This document shows positions 1-12,700 of a stretch of 64,000 nucleotides of DNA, piece by piece. This stretch comes from Amoebidium appalachense (lineage: Eukaryota; Protista; Ichthyosporea). Location of the stretch: assembly GCA_963693365.1 (NCBI GenBank), contig CAVNZM010000005.1, positions 2,594,342 through 2,658,341 of the forward strand, given 5' to 3'. The notes beneath the pieces are model-generated. The model saw only the letters and a program-made list of their open reading frames with translations, was not told the origin of the DNA and did not search any database. The translations under genes were made by a program, and so were the position numbers. Position 1 is the first letter of the stretch. Each line of letters starts with the position of its first letter.

Positions 1-640
1 GAAGGGAGCAGGACTGACAAGGACCTCAAGGTGGGGATTCGAAATCTAAATCCCCGGAATTTGGGGAGGGAGAAAGTCTAATATTGGTCTTTGCAGGGAA
101 GGGGTTGTCCATGACCGGGAGCACGGGATCAAATCAGGGAAAGAGGGACCCGGGGAAAACGGGGTGAGAAGGGGTCAATTTGATCAACTCTTGATTGCAA
201 CTGAGGCACGTACAATTCAGGTATTTTATTGATTCACTAATATGGCCATACGCCATGATACATGGGGTGATGACGTGGGAGGAAGTGTTGAAAACACATG
301 TGGACCCACCAATACAACTATTAATAGCACCCATGTGCGCGCCAATTACAGTTGGTGCTGGCGCAGCACAAAATAGGACGGGTGCATGCTCACCGAATGA
401 CAATGAGGTTGATGTGTTAATTTGTACATGAGGGGGTTTGGGTGATTCTAAACGATCCGATTACCATTTAAGGCAAATACCATGCACCCAGAGCCACCTA
501 TAGGAACAAGTTGTGCTCCAATGATACCTTTTCGTCAATATTGGCAGATGTCTAACCCACCGTAAGACTTTTAGTGACAGTGCACCACAATGACTAATCA
601 TTATGACAGATGCAATGCTATTGGACGAGAGACGAGCAAA

Positions 641-1430
641 TTATTCGTCGATCAGGCGGTAGATGTGGTGCTGTGCGCCATGCTCCGAGCTGCTGACCTC
701 AAAAACAAATGCCACACAGAAAAGAACAGCACCAGTGGTCATCTCCGTCACAACCTGAAAGATGGAAGGCACGTGAATGCATGCACACACACACACACAC
801 ACACACACAAAGTTATTAACACACGAGCACACATCCTTGCTGCAGGCAAACACCCACCCATACATCCCCGCTACCCTCGAGAGTCCTCTTTCTATACCAA
901 AAAAAAGCAGAGTGCATAAACTCGCACAAGGCCCCACACCTATCAACACCACAAGCATCCCCCCCCCCTTCCTCTCCCCAGCCCCCCAAACAATCTCCGA
1001 CCAATTGCATGAATAAGGTCAACATCTCGCCCTCTCTCCACCATCCCCTCCACCCACCCACCTGTAGCACGGAGAAGTTCTCCAGCACCGAGTTCATCAT
1101 ATCTGTGCTCTCCAGCCCCCTCAGCTTCTCCACAAAGCTGACCATGTACTCGCAGATGGCCGTGCGCGTGAACCGGTACACGTACAGCCCGTTGGACGGG
1201 TCGATGTTGGGCGTTGTTGGCTCCTAATGCAGACAGGGCAGGAGAGTAGGGTTAGGCGCTGCCAATGAGAGAAAGGCGGATGGCGCCCGCAAACAGATTT
1301 AAAGCAACAGGCTGTGTGTGTGTGTGTGTGTGTGAAAGCTAAGTCAAGCAGCCCCGGTTCAGGGGGTGGGTTGGTGTGTGCGCACGCGTTTAACTAGGGG
1401 AAGAGGGTGGGAAGGAGGGAGGGAGGGATG

Positions 1431-1468
<38 letters not shown>

Positions 1469-1718
1469 GGAGGAGGCAAAAGCACCGGTGTGATTGTGTG
1501 TGTAACAGAGGGTGCCATTGGGATGACTTTGTGGTCCGGGCACACAGCCTGCCAAGGTGCATAATCTGGGATTGTGCAAGCCAAGCCCACCAAACGGACC
1601 AGAACGGGGTGCCAGGCGGCCTTTGTCAATAAAAACGTGTGTGTGCACATCAACGCGGAGTGCCCCATACCAAAACAACACACCAGACGGCAATGGGACC
1701 GGCAGCCGCCGTGTGTGT

Positions 1719-1749
<31 letters not shown>

Positions 1750-2094
1750 GGGGGGTTGAATGCGTCAAAAAGTACGAAGTACACAAGAACAAACGGATAA
1801 CACCATGCAAAATGCAAGCCATACATAAAGAGTATGCATGGGGGGGGGGGGAGGGGGGGGAGGGGGGGGGGGGAGGGAGGGGGAGGGGGGAGGGAGATGT
1901 GGAGCAACGTGCTGGATATTCGTCGAGACAAGCTGTGGTGTGCTAATAAATCAACGCACCTGAATCTTCTCCACAACCTGCTTGCCGAAGGAACAGACCC
2001 GGCTAGATGACTGGATGGACATGTAGTCGGGGGAGTCATAGCGCGCAGCCATGTAGTAGTCTCGCTCGGCAGTGTTGGTTGCATAGTTGAGGTC

Positions 2095-2157
<63 letters not shown>

Positions 2158-2498
2158 ATCCGCACGCGCATAATAAGTAAGCATAGGAGAAGTAGGTAGG
2201 TGTGTGTGTGTTTACATGCAGCATTGTGTAACACAGAGCCAGCAAAGGGACAACACGTGAAACACGCTTAACGCAAAGGGATGGCAGCCGCCGTGCAACA
2301 CAAACACACACACACGCACACGCACACACCTCACCACTCCCATAACCACCTCCTCCGCCAACGACTATCATATTTGAACCATTCTTGGCCTACAAAATTC
2401 CCCCCCAAACACATAAAAAAAAACAACTACGACATAAGCACTTAAAACACTGAACCGTACAAATAGGCTAAGAAGTGTTAAGTCATTCCCCCCCCCCC

Positions 2499-2529
<31 letters not shown>

Positions 2530-2537
2530 ACACACCT

Positions 2538-2570
<33 letters not shown>

Positions 2571-3323
2571 AAGAAAGAAAAAGAAACAGAAGAACATACC
2601 CAGAACTTGATGAGATAGAAGCATTCCTTGGGGCCCTGGGCATAGAGCTCCCTTAGGCCTGGGAATTTGTCGTATATCTGCCGTATATCCACCATCTCCA
2701 TCTCCGGGTCCCGGAACAGCTCCGTGCCCGTCAGATGCACAAACGAGTGCTTCATGAACTGTGGGCATGCAAAGCGTCAGCTTATACTCAAAAGAGCACA
2801 TATCATAAAGCCACACACGAATCAGATAAAGGCAGGAACATTTTACCAACTTTATTCTGAGGTTTTTTAAATCTACACACCCAGGGACCAAGGCAGCCCC
2901 CCCCCCCCCCTCCTTGGGGGGGGGGGGGGGGGGGGGGGGGGGAAGGAGGCGCTGGGAGAGTAGGAGCTCGAGGGGCTCACACAAACAAGGAAGGGGTAAA
3001 AGCCGTTTTTGATTTCCTCGACCATATCACATACCTGGTCGGAATTAGGCCAGCGATACTCCACAAATGCATGGAAGTCCTGCATGCACAGCCGGTGGCC
3101 TGGGGGCATCCTGGGGCCCGACCTCGGCAGGGGAGGATAGGACACGGGAGGGCCATAGGGCTTGGCGTAGGGCAGGGGGGGCACACCCCCGTACATGGGT
3201 GGCCCGTACATGTCCCCCCGCCCACCGTATCCTCCACCGTACATTCCTCCCCTGTATCGTTTCTTGTTCAGATATCCAGCCCGGTTTTTCCACAAGTAAG
3301 ACTCTCCCTCTTCCCCCATCCCC

Positions 3324-3369
<46 letters not shown>

Positions 3370-3622
3370 GGGGGGGGGGGGGGGGGGGGGGCTTTGAAGA
3401 GAGAAGGGCCGAATGAAATTAAGGAAAAGGAAGAATGCAAGGAGGGCTACCTGTTCCAGCGGCACACTAACAAAGCATCAACAAGCAGTGTACATTGAAG
3501 CATCCTAAATCAGTATGGTATCCCATTCAAACCTTGGAAAGGGCGAGATCAAGAAACTGTTTTGGTAATAGATAACACGGAGTAAGCTACCTCAGTATTC
3601 GAAGGAAACACGCACGAAGTTA

Positions 3623-3661
<39 letters not shown>

Positions 3662-4254
3662 TGAATGCGGAACACAGTACGAAGTACGCATAGACGATGA
3701 GAAGCATGATGCAGGACACATGCAAAGGCAAACATTCAAGTATGCAGCATCAGCCATGCGCACAGTATGCGTCATAAGCAGAGCCCATCCTCAGGGAGGG
3801 CCCAAGTCATCAATTGCGTCTGAGTTTCGACCCCTTAGCCCGCGTATATACGACGCTCCAACTCAGACAGCAGCATCAACTGAACTTGGGTGGGGGGGGG
3901 GGGGGGGGGGAAAGCAACTAACTGGTCACCCACCCGTATCCGTAATCCGGGCCACCCCTTGGAGGCCCATCCCAATACTCCTCCTTGGGCATACCCCTAC
4001 CCCCCATGTGGGGTGAGGGGGGGCCCTCCCCACCGCTCGAGTTGTTCTGTAGGCCCATGGTTGCAGACACAATCTGGGCTGAGGACATGGTGGCTAGGTT
4101 CTCAAGCGCAGTCTTGCGGATGGTTTCGTCGCAATGCTGTGGTGTGTGTACGTGTACGTGTACGCGTACGTGTGTGTGTTGGGGGGGGGGGGGGGGGGGA
4201 GGGGGGGTACGTGTGTGTGTGTGGAGGAGGTGGAAGAGAGGGTGAATGTGTGCC

Positions 4255-4326
<72 letters not shown>

Positions 4327-4940
4327 GAGGGGGAGGGTGGTACGTGTGTATGTGTGGAGGAGGTGGAAGGGAGGGTGAACGTGTGCGGCATGGGGCTAGC
4401 TAGAAAAGAAAATGTGGGAAATGAGGGCACAAGCGAGAGAGGCTGGGGGCGCAAGGGGAGGGTTGAGGGTTTCAGAATGTGTTGTAGAGTATAGAGTACA
4501 CATTCATGACGGATAACACATTGCAGAGTGCAAAGCACGAACAGAAAGTATGCATAATAAGCAGGAGGGGAGAGGGAGGAGGAGGGGCGGGGGGGGGGGG
4601 GGGGGGGGGGGGGGGGGAAAGATGTCTCTTGATGACAGTGGACAAGAATAGGCCGTGAAAAATAGCCGGGAGCTGAACATATAATGAGCACAAACGTCTA
4701 TATGTGTGTGCGCGGGTGTGCTTGCGCATTGGTTTGTGAGTATGGATGCATTTCTTTCTCCCCACCCCTAATTTCTGTCCATCCGAATGGTGTGGGTGGC
4801 AATATGCTCGAGAACACTTCAAGAGAATGAGAGCAGGAGAGAGAAAGTATCTGTTTCAAAAGAGAAGCACACACACATACACGCACACACAAGGAGAGAC
4901 AGACAGATAGACAGGCAGGCAGGGAGACAGAGAGAGCGAG

Positions 4941-4971
<31 letters not shown>

Positions 4972-5071
4972 GGGAGAGAGAGAGAGAGAACGAGAGAGAA
5001 AGAGATAGAGAGAGATGGAGGGAGAAGAAGTGGAGGGAGTGTGTGATAGTGTGAGAGAGGCAAGAGGAACA

Positions 5072-5112
<41 letters not shown>

Positions 5113-6287
5113 GCGTGTGTTGCTGCGCTCCTTACACATTTCATCTTTCTCAGTTCACACCTACCTGCGAATCTCCAAACACCCATATGTCTTATCGTTT
5201 TGGCACATGTCGAAGTGTCAACAGCAGGCACAGACACTCACCGACACACTCCGAGACCTACAAACCTAATCTACCTAAAATCACACCTTAGCTCGTTTAC
5301 TCCTGGTTCAGCCCCATACAAAACCACACACAAACCTACACACACACACACGGCGGCCACCCACTCATCCACCAAAGCACAATACGGAAAATGGCGCCCA
5401 AAGCCGAAAACTTACCCCTTCAACCCGACCATACAATAGCACGAAGTCAGATAAGGTAACACAACCACACTTCCCACCTGCCCACCGAAAAACACACCCA
5501 CAGCCAGACCCACACCCACACCCACAGGCACACAGACACACAAAGCCATTCACCACACACCTTGAGCTTGAGGCTCAGCTCTCTCTGCTTCTTCCTTGCC
5601 AGCACCTGTATGTGACTGGACACCTGCTTGCGTGTCCGTGTCTTACCCGTGCGCATCTTCACGTAGCGAGCTATCAGCTCGTTGCGGCCTGTGCCACGTA
5701 GAAGAGAGGGTTGGGGAAGGGGGACAAGAGGGTGGTTCAGTTTTGACTCGCAAAAAACAAGAGTAAAAAAGGGCAAGACATAAAATGCATAAAGCTTTTA
5801 CCAGACAGGCAGCATTGCTGTGACCCAACGAGGACCAAAAACTAAAGCGGGTGTGCACACCACCACTGAGTCTCAGCTGAATAAAACGCCCATGTCACTC
5901 TTCATTCCATCCCGAGCTCACTTAGCTTACGTTTCTTACACCTAGATTATGAAAGGGTTTTCCAGTCCCAACCACCACTACCATCCTACACTACTCGAAA
6001 GACAAGCAACCACACTCAGCGCCTCCTCCCCCTCTTCAACACAAACATTTCCGAACCACTTATCTTCATTTCTCGAACACCTCAAAAACATAATCCAGAA
6101 AGTATGCCCACAAGTCCCCCTACGAAAAAACCCACATACCATACATCTTGCCCTCATCACTCAGGATAATCTTTCTTCGCCCACAGGGGGGGTAGATGGC
6201 GAGAGCCTCCTCAAAGGCATCTTCCACGTCCTTGGACCAGACGGAATCCTCAGTCCCCCCCTCGTCGCCTGACACGATCTCACTCAT
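641..6287 (-). CDS. TEAD: TEA-domain transcription factor (TEAD/Scalloped) with C-terminal YAP-binding domain, 8 exons, about 422 aa
   Basis: Exons 6287-6140, 5688-5561, 4136-3934, 3251-3035, 2758-2600, 2097-1960, 1223-1062 and 754-641 are all GT-AG with consistent phases. TEA domain: [68 protein letters not shown]. Later motifs: [88 protein letters not shown]. Confidence 0.96.
1756..1839 (-). mobile_element. Short truncated copy of the poly-G-associated retroposon family, in a TEAD intron
   Basis: TTGAATGCGTCAAAAAGTACGAAGTACACAAG...GTATGCAT is nearly identical to the copies at 32662-33529 and 36518, with G-runs on both sides. Confidence 0.8.
3660..3890 (-). mobile_element. Diverged subfamily copy of the poly-G-associated retroposon
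   Basis: Starts TTTGAATGCG directly after a G-run. Shares AGTACGAAGTAC, ATAAGCAGAGCCCATCCTCAGGG, GAGTTTCGACC and CAACTCAGA with the other copies, and ends at a G-run. Confidence 0.75.
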
Positions 6288-6913
6288 GTTTGCTAAACGA
6301 ATGTTTTGCTAAGGGGGGAAAATTTGCACGAAGAGTTTTTCCTTCCTTTTCGTCTTTCCTTCCAGTTGTTTTGTGCCCCTTCACTTTCACTTTCAAGTTT
6401 GTGTTGAGTTCGGTGTATGGCTAACAGCCTATAACGGTGACGGGTGACCAATCCTGAAGGAATGCCCGCCCGAATGCGGTGGGTGACCGTTGGAGCGATG
6501 TAAATCCATTGTCTGCATTATATGTCTTGCGATTGTGACGCTTGTCCTCGCTACACAGGAGTTTTTTTTTTACAGCGCACAAGAAATTAACCTCAGATCA
6601 ACAGATTTTATAGCTTTTATAAGAAATTAAGCATAACTGGTTTGCCTTGACTTCAAAGACGAGGCTACGCTCGTCTAACTGAGGGGCTTACACTGCTTTT
6701 TGACTCACTGGGAGCTTCGGAAGCATCCGGAACTATCTTGTTTGCACTCCTCCAAACCAGAATTCCTTACGACCAATCGTTTATTTCATATCACAGAAGC
6801 TGAAAGCAAGCAACCAATCAACCCATCGTCCGGCACATCCGTTGGTATTTTTGCAGAATTTGGAGTGTCTACAGTATCAGTACTAGTTTGAAAAGTAAGT
6901 TTTAGGAACCCGG

Positions 6914-7576
6914 TCAGCCACTGGTGACAGCTAGTTTCACAAAATCACAATGCTGGCCGCTTCTGGAAGCCAAGGCACCTTGGAGTCTTGGTGCAAGCCT
7001 CGGCACACCATGCATGTTGGTTACCTCCTTTCTACAATTTTTCACAACTTTCGACGACCCTCCACTGATCCGGTAGGCATCACTCACGACAACTTCGTAT
7101 CCCTCGGGTACGGGTTCCTTAACGGGGGCCTTCTTGCACTGCATAGAGAACACCCCATCGCCGGTGCCTGATGTGTAGATTTCGCATGGGCCCTTGGGGC
7201 CTGTGGCACGTTCGAAGAAAACGAGAAACGGCCGGCCTTGGTTGTACTCCTCCTTACTCGCGTCCTTTCCCGTAACTCCTTCCAGGTTGCTTCATAGGCG
7301 GCAGCCCGTCACGCTCCCAGGCTTGTCTCCGGGGCCTTTTGCTGTTGGGACCTGCTGGAAGGCATAACAGTCCGCCTGCGCAGTGCTTGCGTCGATGCAG
7401 GGCTGCAATACACCCTTATTCGGGCCGAAATTGACCACTGTGCTTGTGCCTCCCTCCATTGAGTACAGCGAATCCGCACCCACTATCCAGCCCTTGGGCA
7501 GCGAAGATTCGTCGATCTCGGCGTGCACGGTGTGCAGAGCGGCAAGGCCGGCCAGAAGATACACAGAGAGAGGCAT
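6914..7576 (-). pseudogene. Secreted protein with tandem PAN/Apple-like Cys repeats, disrupted by an in-frame TGA and frameshifts
   Basis: Signal peptide MPLSVYLLAGLAALHTVHA. Repeat 1 is PKGW...GG.S.VV...C...DCYAFQ...CRL, followed by TGA at 7294-7292. The same frame continues into ORF 6914-7153 (repeat 2, PEGY...GGSSKVV). The matching CAEACTKTPRCLGFQ segment lies in another frame. Confidence 0.55.
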
Positions 7577-7651
7577 GGTAAGCGTTATACACGTTACTGA
7601 GCGGAGCGGGACCGTAGTACACTGTCTGACGCACGGACGGGCGGTGGTTAA

Positions 7652-7946
7652 AGGGGGTTTCTTTTAGGCCGATTAATTGTCCCCATTCCAGCACATCCGG
7701 GTCAAGCCATTTATTCAGCATATAGATCATGATATGAACTGCAGTCTTATTCCAAGCGCTTTATTATTATTATTCCATTCTTCATTTCTTTTTTTCCTCT
7801 TTTCTTTTTCTTTTTTGTTGTATTATTGCCCATCTGTACCTTGCTGCCGGCCAAACGATGGTGCGCAATTGATGCGCAGCACACCAATCATATAGCTAGA
7901 ATCGTCTCTGACCCGACCCGGCCCGAAAAGCTAAAAGAAACCCCCT
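7652..7946. mobile_element. MITE with 16-bp TIRs and TTAA target duplication (Kolobok-like termini)
   Basis: TTAA (7648-7651), then AGGGGGTTTCTTTTAG ... CTAAAAGAAACCCCCT (7931-7946), then TTAA (7947-7950). Purine-purine termini with a TTAA target fit Kolobok rather than piggyBac. Confidence 0.75.
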
Positions 7947-8021
7947 TTAATTAATGGGCGGCTCTCCCCAGGATTTACCCGCACACGCGCAGGCAACAGG
8001 CAGACAGGGGTCCCTGCTAGC

Positions 8022-8865
8022 CTACCACCTACTGAGGCGGTGTCTCCTTTCTTTTTTTTTTTTTTTTTTTTTTTTTGTAGATGTTAAAACGTCGCACGTG
8101 CGGCAACACGTCAGTACGTGTTAGCTGCTAAGCCCAGTTCTTTTCAAACTGTACAAGTAGGTCTGTGCGCCCGCTGCGCGCGGGCGCCAACTGAAGCTGC
8201 GATCTATTGCATTTGGTCAGTCACGCGTAGGTCTGGGAAAAGAAGCTGCAAACTGGGGGTCTGACAGCGTGTGCCTGAAATCTTACCCTAGAAACTCTCT
8301 CGGGTGGGTCTGGGCGCCCGCGCGCGGGCGTCGGTGCACGTGGAAGGTGACACACTGCGGTACGGATGGTAGAAAAGAAGTTGGGGTCTGCCAGCTAGCG
8401 CTGGTGTCTGAATCCTAGACTCTGAAAACTCTCTTTCCTTTCAAGTTCCCTTCTTTGGCCTGGTTCAAACCCGCGCAAGGCGGCTTCCGCCAGCGTTTAA
8501 TATACATGTATGGTGTTTACAAAGTTTGTGGTCAGCTATGAAGGCCAATGCTACCCCGAGCATCACGTGCTCACACAGCTACCTACCCCTACAATATTAC
8601 ACCCAAACAAAGGCCCAAGCTACTCAAAAACACCTATTTAGTTGAAAAGAAAGTGGTTTGTGCCCTTTTATTACGTAGAAAACACGTCCGAAGGGTTTCG
8701 ACCCGCAGCTCATGAGAGCTCACATTTCACGTTCTGGGTATCAGAGAAGCCTAACACGTACTGACGTGTTGCCGCACGTGCGACGTTTTAACATCTACTC
8801 AGGCGTCCCTTTTAAGTAAAAAAAAAAAAGAAAAAGAAAGGAGACATCGCCTCAGTAGGTGGTAG
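8022..8865. mobile_element. Non-autonomous element with about 100-bp inverted terminal arms
   Basis: Left arm CTACCACCTACTGAGGCGGTGTCTCCTTTC-polyT-GTAGATGTTAAAACGTCGCACGTGCGGCAACACGTCAGTACGTGTTAG (8022-8124) is mirrored at 8751-8865. There is no ORF inside and no clear TSD. Confidence 0.7.
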
Positions 8866-9352
8866 CAGAGAAGCGCCTTTTTTTTTTTTTCCGTTGCAGG
8901 CCTGAGCGTGAGTAACCGCCCCCGCCCAATCCCCCGCCTATATTAAAAAAAAAAAACCACTGAGAAAAAACGCATAAAAAACAAATAACCAAGTATGGGA
9001 ATAATGGGATCTTAAGTTTCTCACGATTTATCGGTCTCTCAAGATTCGTAGGATTGCCCCTATTTAAACTTTACTGTCAGCTAAATATTGGTGTAAACCC
9101 GCCAAGATGATCACATGCCGCTGTCAGGCTGTTGCCCAGTGAGCTGCGTGCAGCTCACACGTGAGCACACAGGCGACAAGTGTTTAAAAAAAAAAAAATT
9201 AACAAAATTTACACGACACCCGGATGCCCGGGTCCGATACCCAGGCTAACTCTCTAACAGATTACTATGTTACTGTTGGAAGATGGTATCGTTATCCAGT
9301 CCGATCGCATGAATCAGATCATGATCGGCTGGTGGCCTGCGAGATCTTAACC

Positions 9353-9395
9353 GATCTCGTAGCTCAGTTGGTAGAGCACTCGACCGGAGATAGAG
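9353..9395 (+). tRNA. 5' half of a tRNA-like gene interrupted by a LINE (acceptor 5' strand, D arm/A box, anticodon arm)
   Basis: GATCTCG TA GCTC AGTTGGTA GAGC A CTCGA CCGGAGA TAGAG. The acceptor strand pairs with CGGGATC at 13830-13836. Confidence 0.85.
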
Positions 9396-9590
9396 GGGGT
9401 TTACGCTGTTTACTCGAGGCAAAGAGAACCAGTCTCAGGTATGGGGGGGGGGTTTTTGCTCGGAATATCCCCTCAGCGGTATATCATGATCACGTACATA
9501 GATGTCGGGTGGTGACTATATATCAGGGTTTACTTTCTCTACGAGACACCATAAAGACTACAAGGAGAAATCAATTAGTTGGGGTTCCCC

Positions 9591-9646
<56 letters not shown>

Positions 9647-9678
9647 GGGCTCCCCTCGGGACACTCGGTATCAGCTGG

Positions 9679-9749
<71 letters not shown>

Positions 9750-9753
9750 TGCG

Positions 9754-12700
9754 CTATAATTTTGTAGTGATGTGTTTCTCAAGCCAATCAATACATCTAA
9801 TAAACAGGTCGTAGTTACGCGTGTTTAGTATAAAATCAAGGATGTTGTAATTTACAGGTAGGCTATCTTTCTGGGTGTCTGTTGTGAATGTGACGTGTGT
9901 GTGTTGCGGTATTATGTGGTCTATCAAACTACATTTGGCGATACATGACCGGTTAAACTGGTGTGTGTGTGTGTTGTTTGGGCATGCAAATGATGCCACC
10001 TTATACTTATTAGATCTCCACTGTATAGCACGTGTACAGTAAAAGCGTGGTAATTGATCAATAATACCATCAGCTAGAGAAAGACCAGTTCTACAGGAAG
10101 GTAATATGTATTTAGGTGTTATACACTTGCGAGTGCCATATTTGGCAATATGGTTGAGGCGGTCAGTATATATAAAACGAGACATAAGGCTTAGTTTTTC
10201 AAGGTGTATGCTTTCATCGGGTCTAGTGTCGTGTGGTATCTTTTTCCATTTGTTATATTGCGTGATTATCTTGTGATTGTGTACATGTTTAATAAGTAAG
10301 TGGCAGTCCAAAGTCACACACACACTATTGCGGGGTTTATTTGTATTTGTGCCCAGGGGAGAAGGGGAGAGAGAGGGGAGGAAAGAGGGGAGAGGTGAGG
10401 AGGGGACAGGTCGGATAGAGAAGAGAGGGTGGGAGGGCAAATACTTCTTTAAGCGGCTTATGTGCTTATTGAATTTCAGCGCGAGATAGGATACTCTAGC
10501 AGCTATTGGGACCAGACCATATATCGAGAGCGTTACAGGCCCAGGTTTACAACAGTTGTTAGATAGAAAGGAGGCAACTTCTGCTTCAAGGAAATTTGCC
10601 AAGGGTTTAAGCGCTCTAGTTCTCTCTTTCTTGATCCAAGCGGCGAGAAGGGGTAAACCATATTCACATGCCGGGAAGACAAAAGTGCGAATAAATGTAA
10701 GTCTAATAGAAGGATGGAGGGGTGTGTCTTTAAAAATATTAGCCGAGAAGAAAGCTAACCGCTTACGAGCCAACTCTACCCTCTTTTCGACCATATGGGG
10801 AAACATAACACCAACAGAATCAACCGGAACACCAAGATATTTGTATTCTGGAACTATAGGTACAGGTTTAGATGATAATGTAAATGTGTGTAAATTGTTA
10901 GCTATATCAGGTACAAGAACACCACATTTGTCTATGTTAAGGATCATAAGGTTTGCCTTGCACCACTCTGACACTACATCGAACAATCTTTGCAGGCGTC
11001 TAGGGGTACGGGCAAGGAGGGACAGATCATCAGCATAGAGAAGTGCAGGCGGAAAGTTATTAATAGGGTCATCGTTTTCGGCGTAAATCTTGACAGCCAA
11101 ATCATCTATAAATAGGTTAAACAAAAAGGGGCTAAGCAATGAACCCTGCAAGAGACCTCTAGTACGAGCAAAACCATATGAAAGATGCCCATTAACCACA
11201 GCTCTACCATAGGTTTGAGACAAGAGTGCTTCTAACAGAACACCAATGCAGTGTGGTACACCCCGTGCAGCAAGCTTTTCCCATAGGAGACCAGGGGAGA
11301 CAGAATCGTAAGCAGTTTTCCAATCAATAAAGCCAACATATTGTGCACCAACTTGCATAGAATCGTGCAGTGCCATTATTTGAACATAACATGAATTGTT
11401 TTTACGAAAAGCGGATTGGCATGGGTGTATGTGAAGAATAGATTGAAACCTAGGGTGATGTGCAAATAACCTAAGTAAGCAAGCTTCAAAGAATCTACGA
11501 ACAACCTGGGTTAGTGTAATGGGGCGAAAGGATGATATGGGGCCCTCAGAGTCCTTCTTAACTATGGGGATCACTAAGGTATCTAACCAAGATGACGGGA
11601 CATGTCCACATTTAACACACCAAGAAAAGAGAGAGCTTAACATGATAGTAAGATCAGGTTTAATAGCACGATCACTTTCCTTTTGTGGGTAGGAGGGAAC
11701 AAGGATTTTAAGAAACCCAGCAGGGAGTCCATCAGGTCCACAAGACTTACTAGAGCTATAACTAGATATCACAGACCATATGGCATCGGGACTGAAAAAG
11801 GGGAGGATCGATTCTATGGGGATAGATGGGTCTACAGGCCACACAATAGGTTTCTGAGCGGGGGTCCTATCTTTAAACAGTTCCGAGAAATACTTATCAG
11901 AGTCTATGAGGGGGTCTCCAGTGGTATCACCAATAATACGAGCAGGGGGGCCAAATCGATTCATACTAGCAAGCCGGCGCAAGCTTTCCTTTTGAGACAG
12001 GGGTTCACCTAGTCTAGCGGGAGTGGTGTTTGGTAACAAGAGAGCATCGGGATATTCCTTCCTACCACCGCCAGCATAATCACCGAGATCTATCAAATCA
12101 TCAACAATAAAGTTAGTGCATGTATCTAGTACGAGATGTGAATCTGGCCTGGCTTGTGCAGATTCTAATAGGCGCATATATATAGGGTGTTTCGTAGCAT
12201 AGCATACACATACATCAACTCTACCCCACTGTGACTTAAGCTGGGATAGACGGAGGCGAAAGGTGGGAGGGGGAGGGGGGAGCAGATCAAGGGAGATCTT
12301 AGGTAGGAAAAGGATAGGAGAGTGGTCAGATGACCTAGAGAGGTTAGGAGGGAGAGAGAGTTTTGACATGGTTGATGGCCAAAAGGCCACTCCCCAGTCG
12401 GTGTTGTGGGCATGGGATATTTGAGGGAACCGCAAAGTGTGACTTTGGACATACCTTGCTAAAGGGATAGCACGCTCCGGGGGCTTAGATGGGTACCCGA
12501 CACTCACTTGCAGTGTGTCTGTGTGGTGGAGTCGCGTGTTAAAATCACCTAAAATAACAGTGGACATTGGTAACTGTGACAACTCGTGAGTCAATTCGAC
12601 AACCGACATAGATGGTGGGTAATATACAAAAGTAAAAACATTAGAAAGAAACTCTATAGAAACCGAGAATTCCGTTTTTGCTACCGGTTTGCACTTCACT

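Noticed and set aside
1-431. Short ORFs at the window start
   Set aside because: No motifs or splice-consistent model, and candidate frames close quickly.
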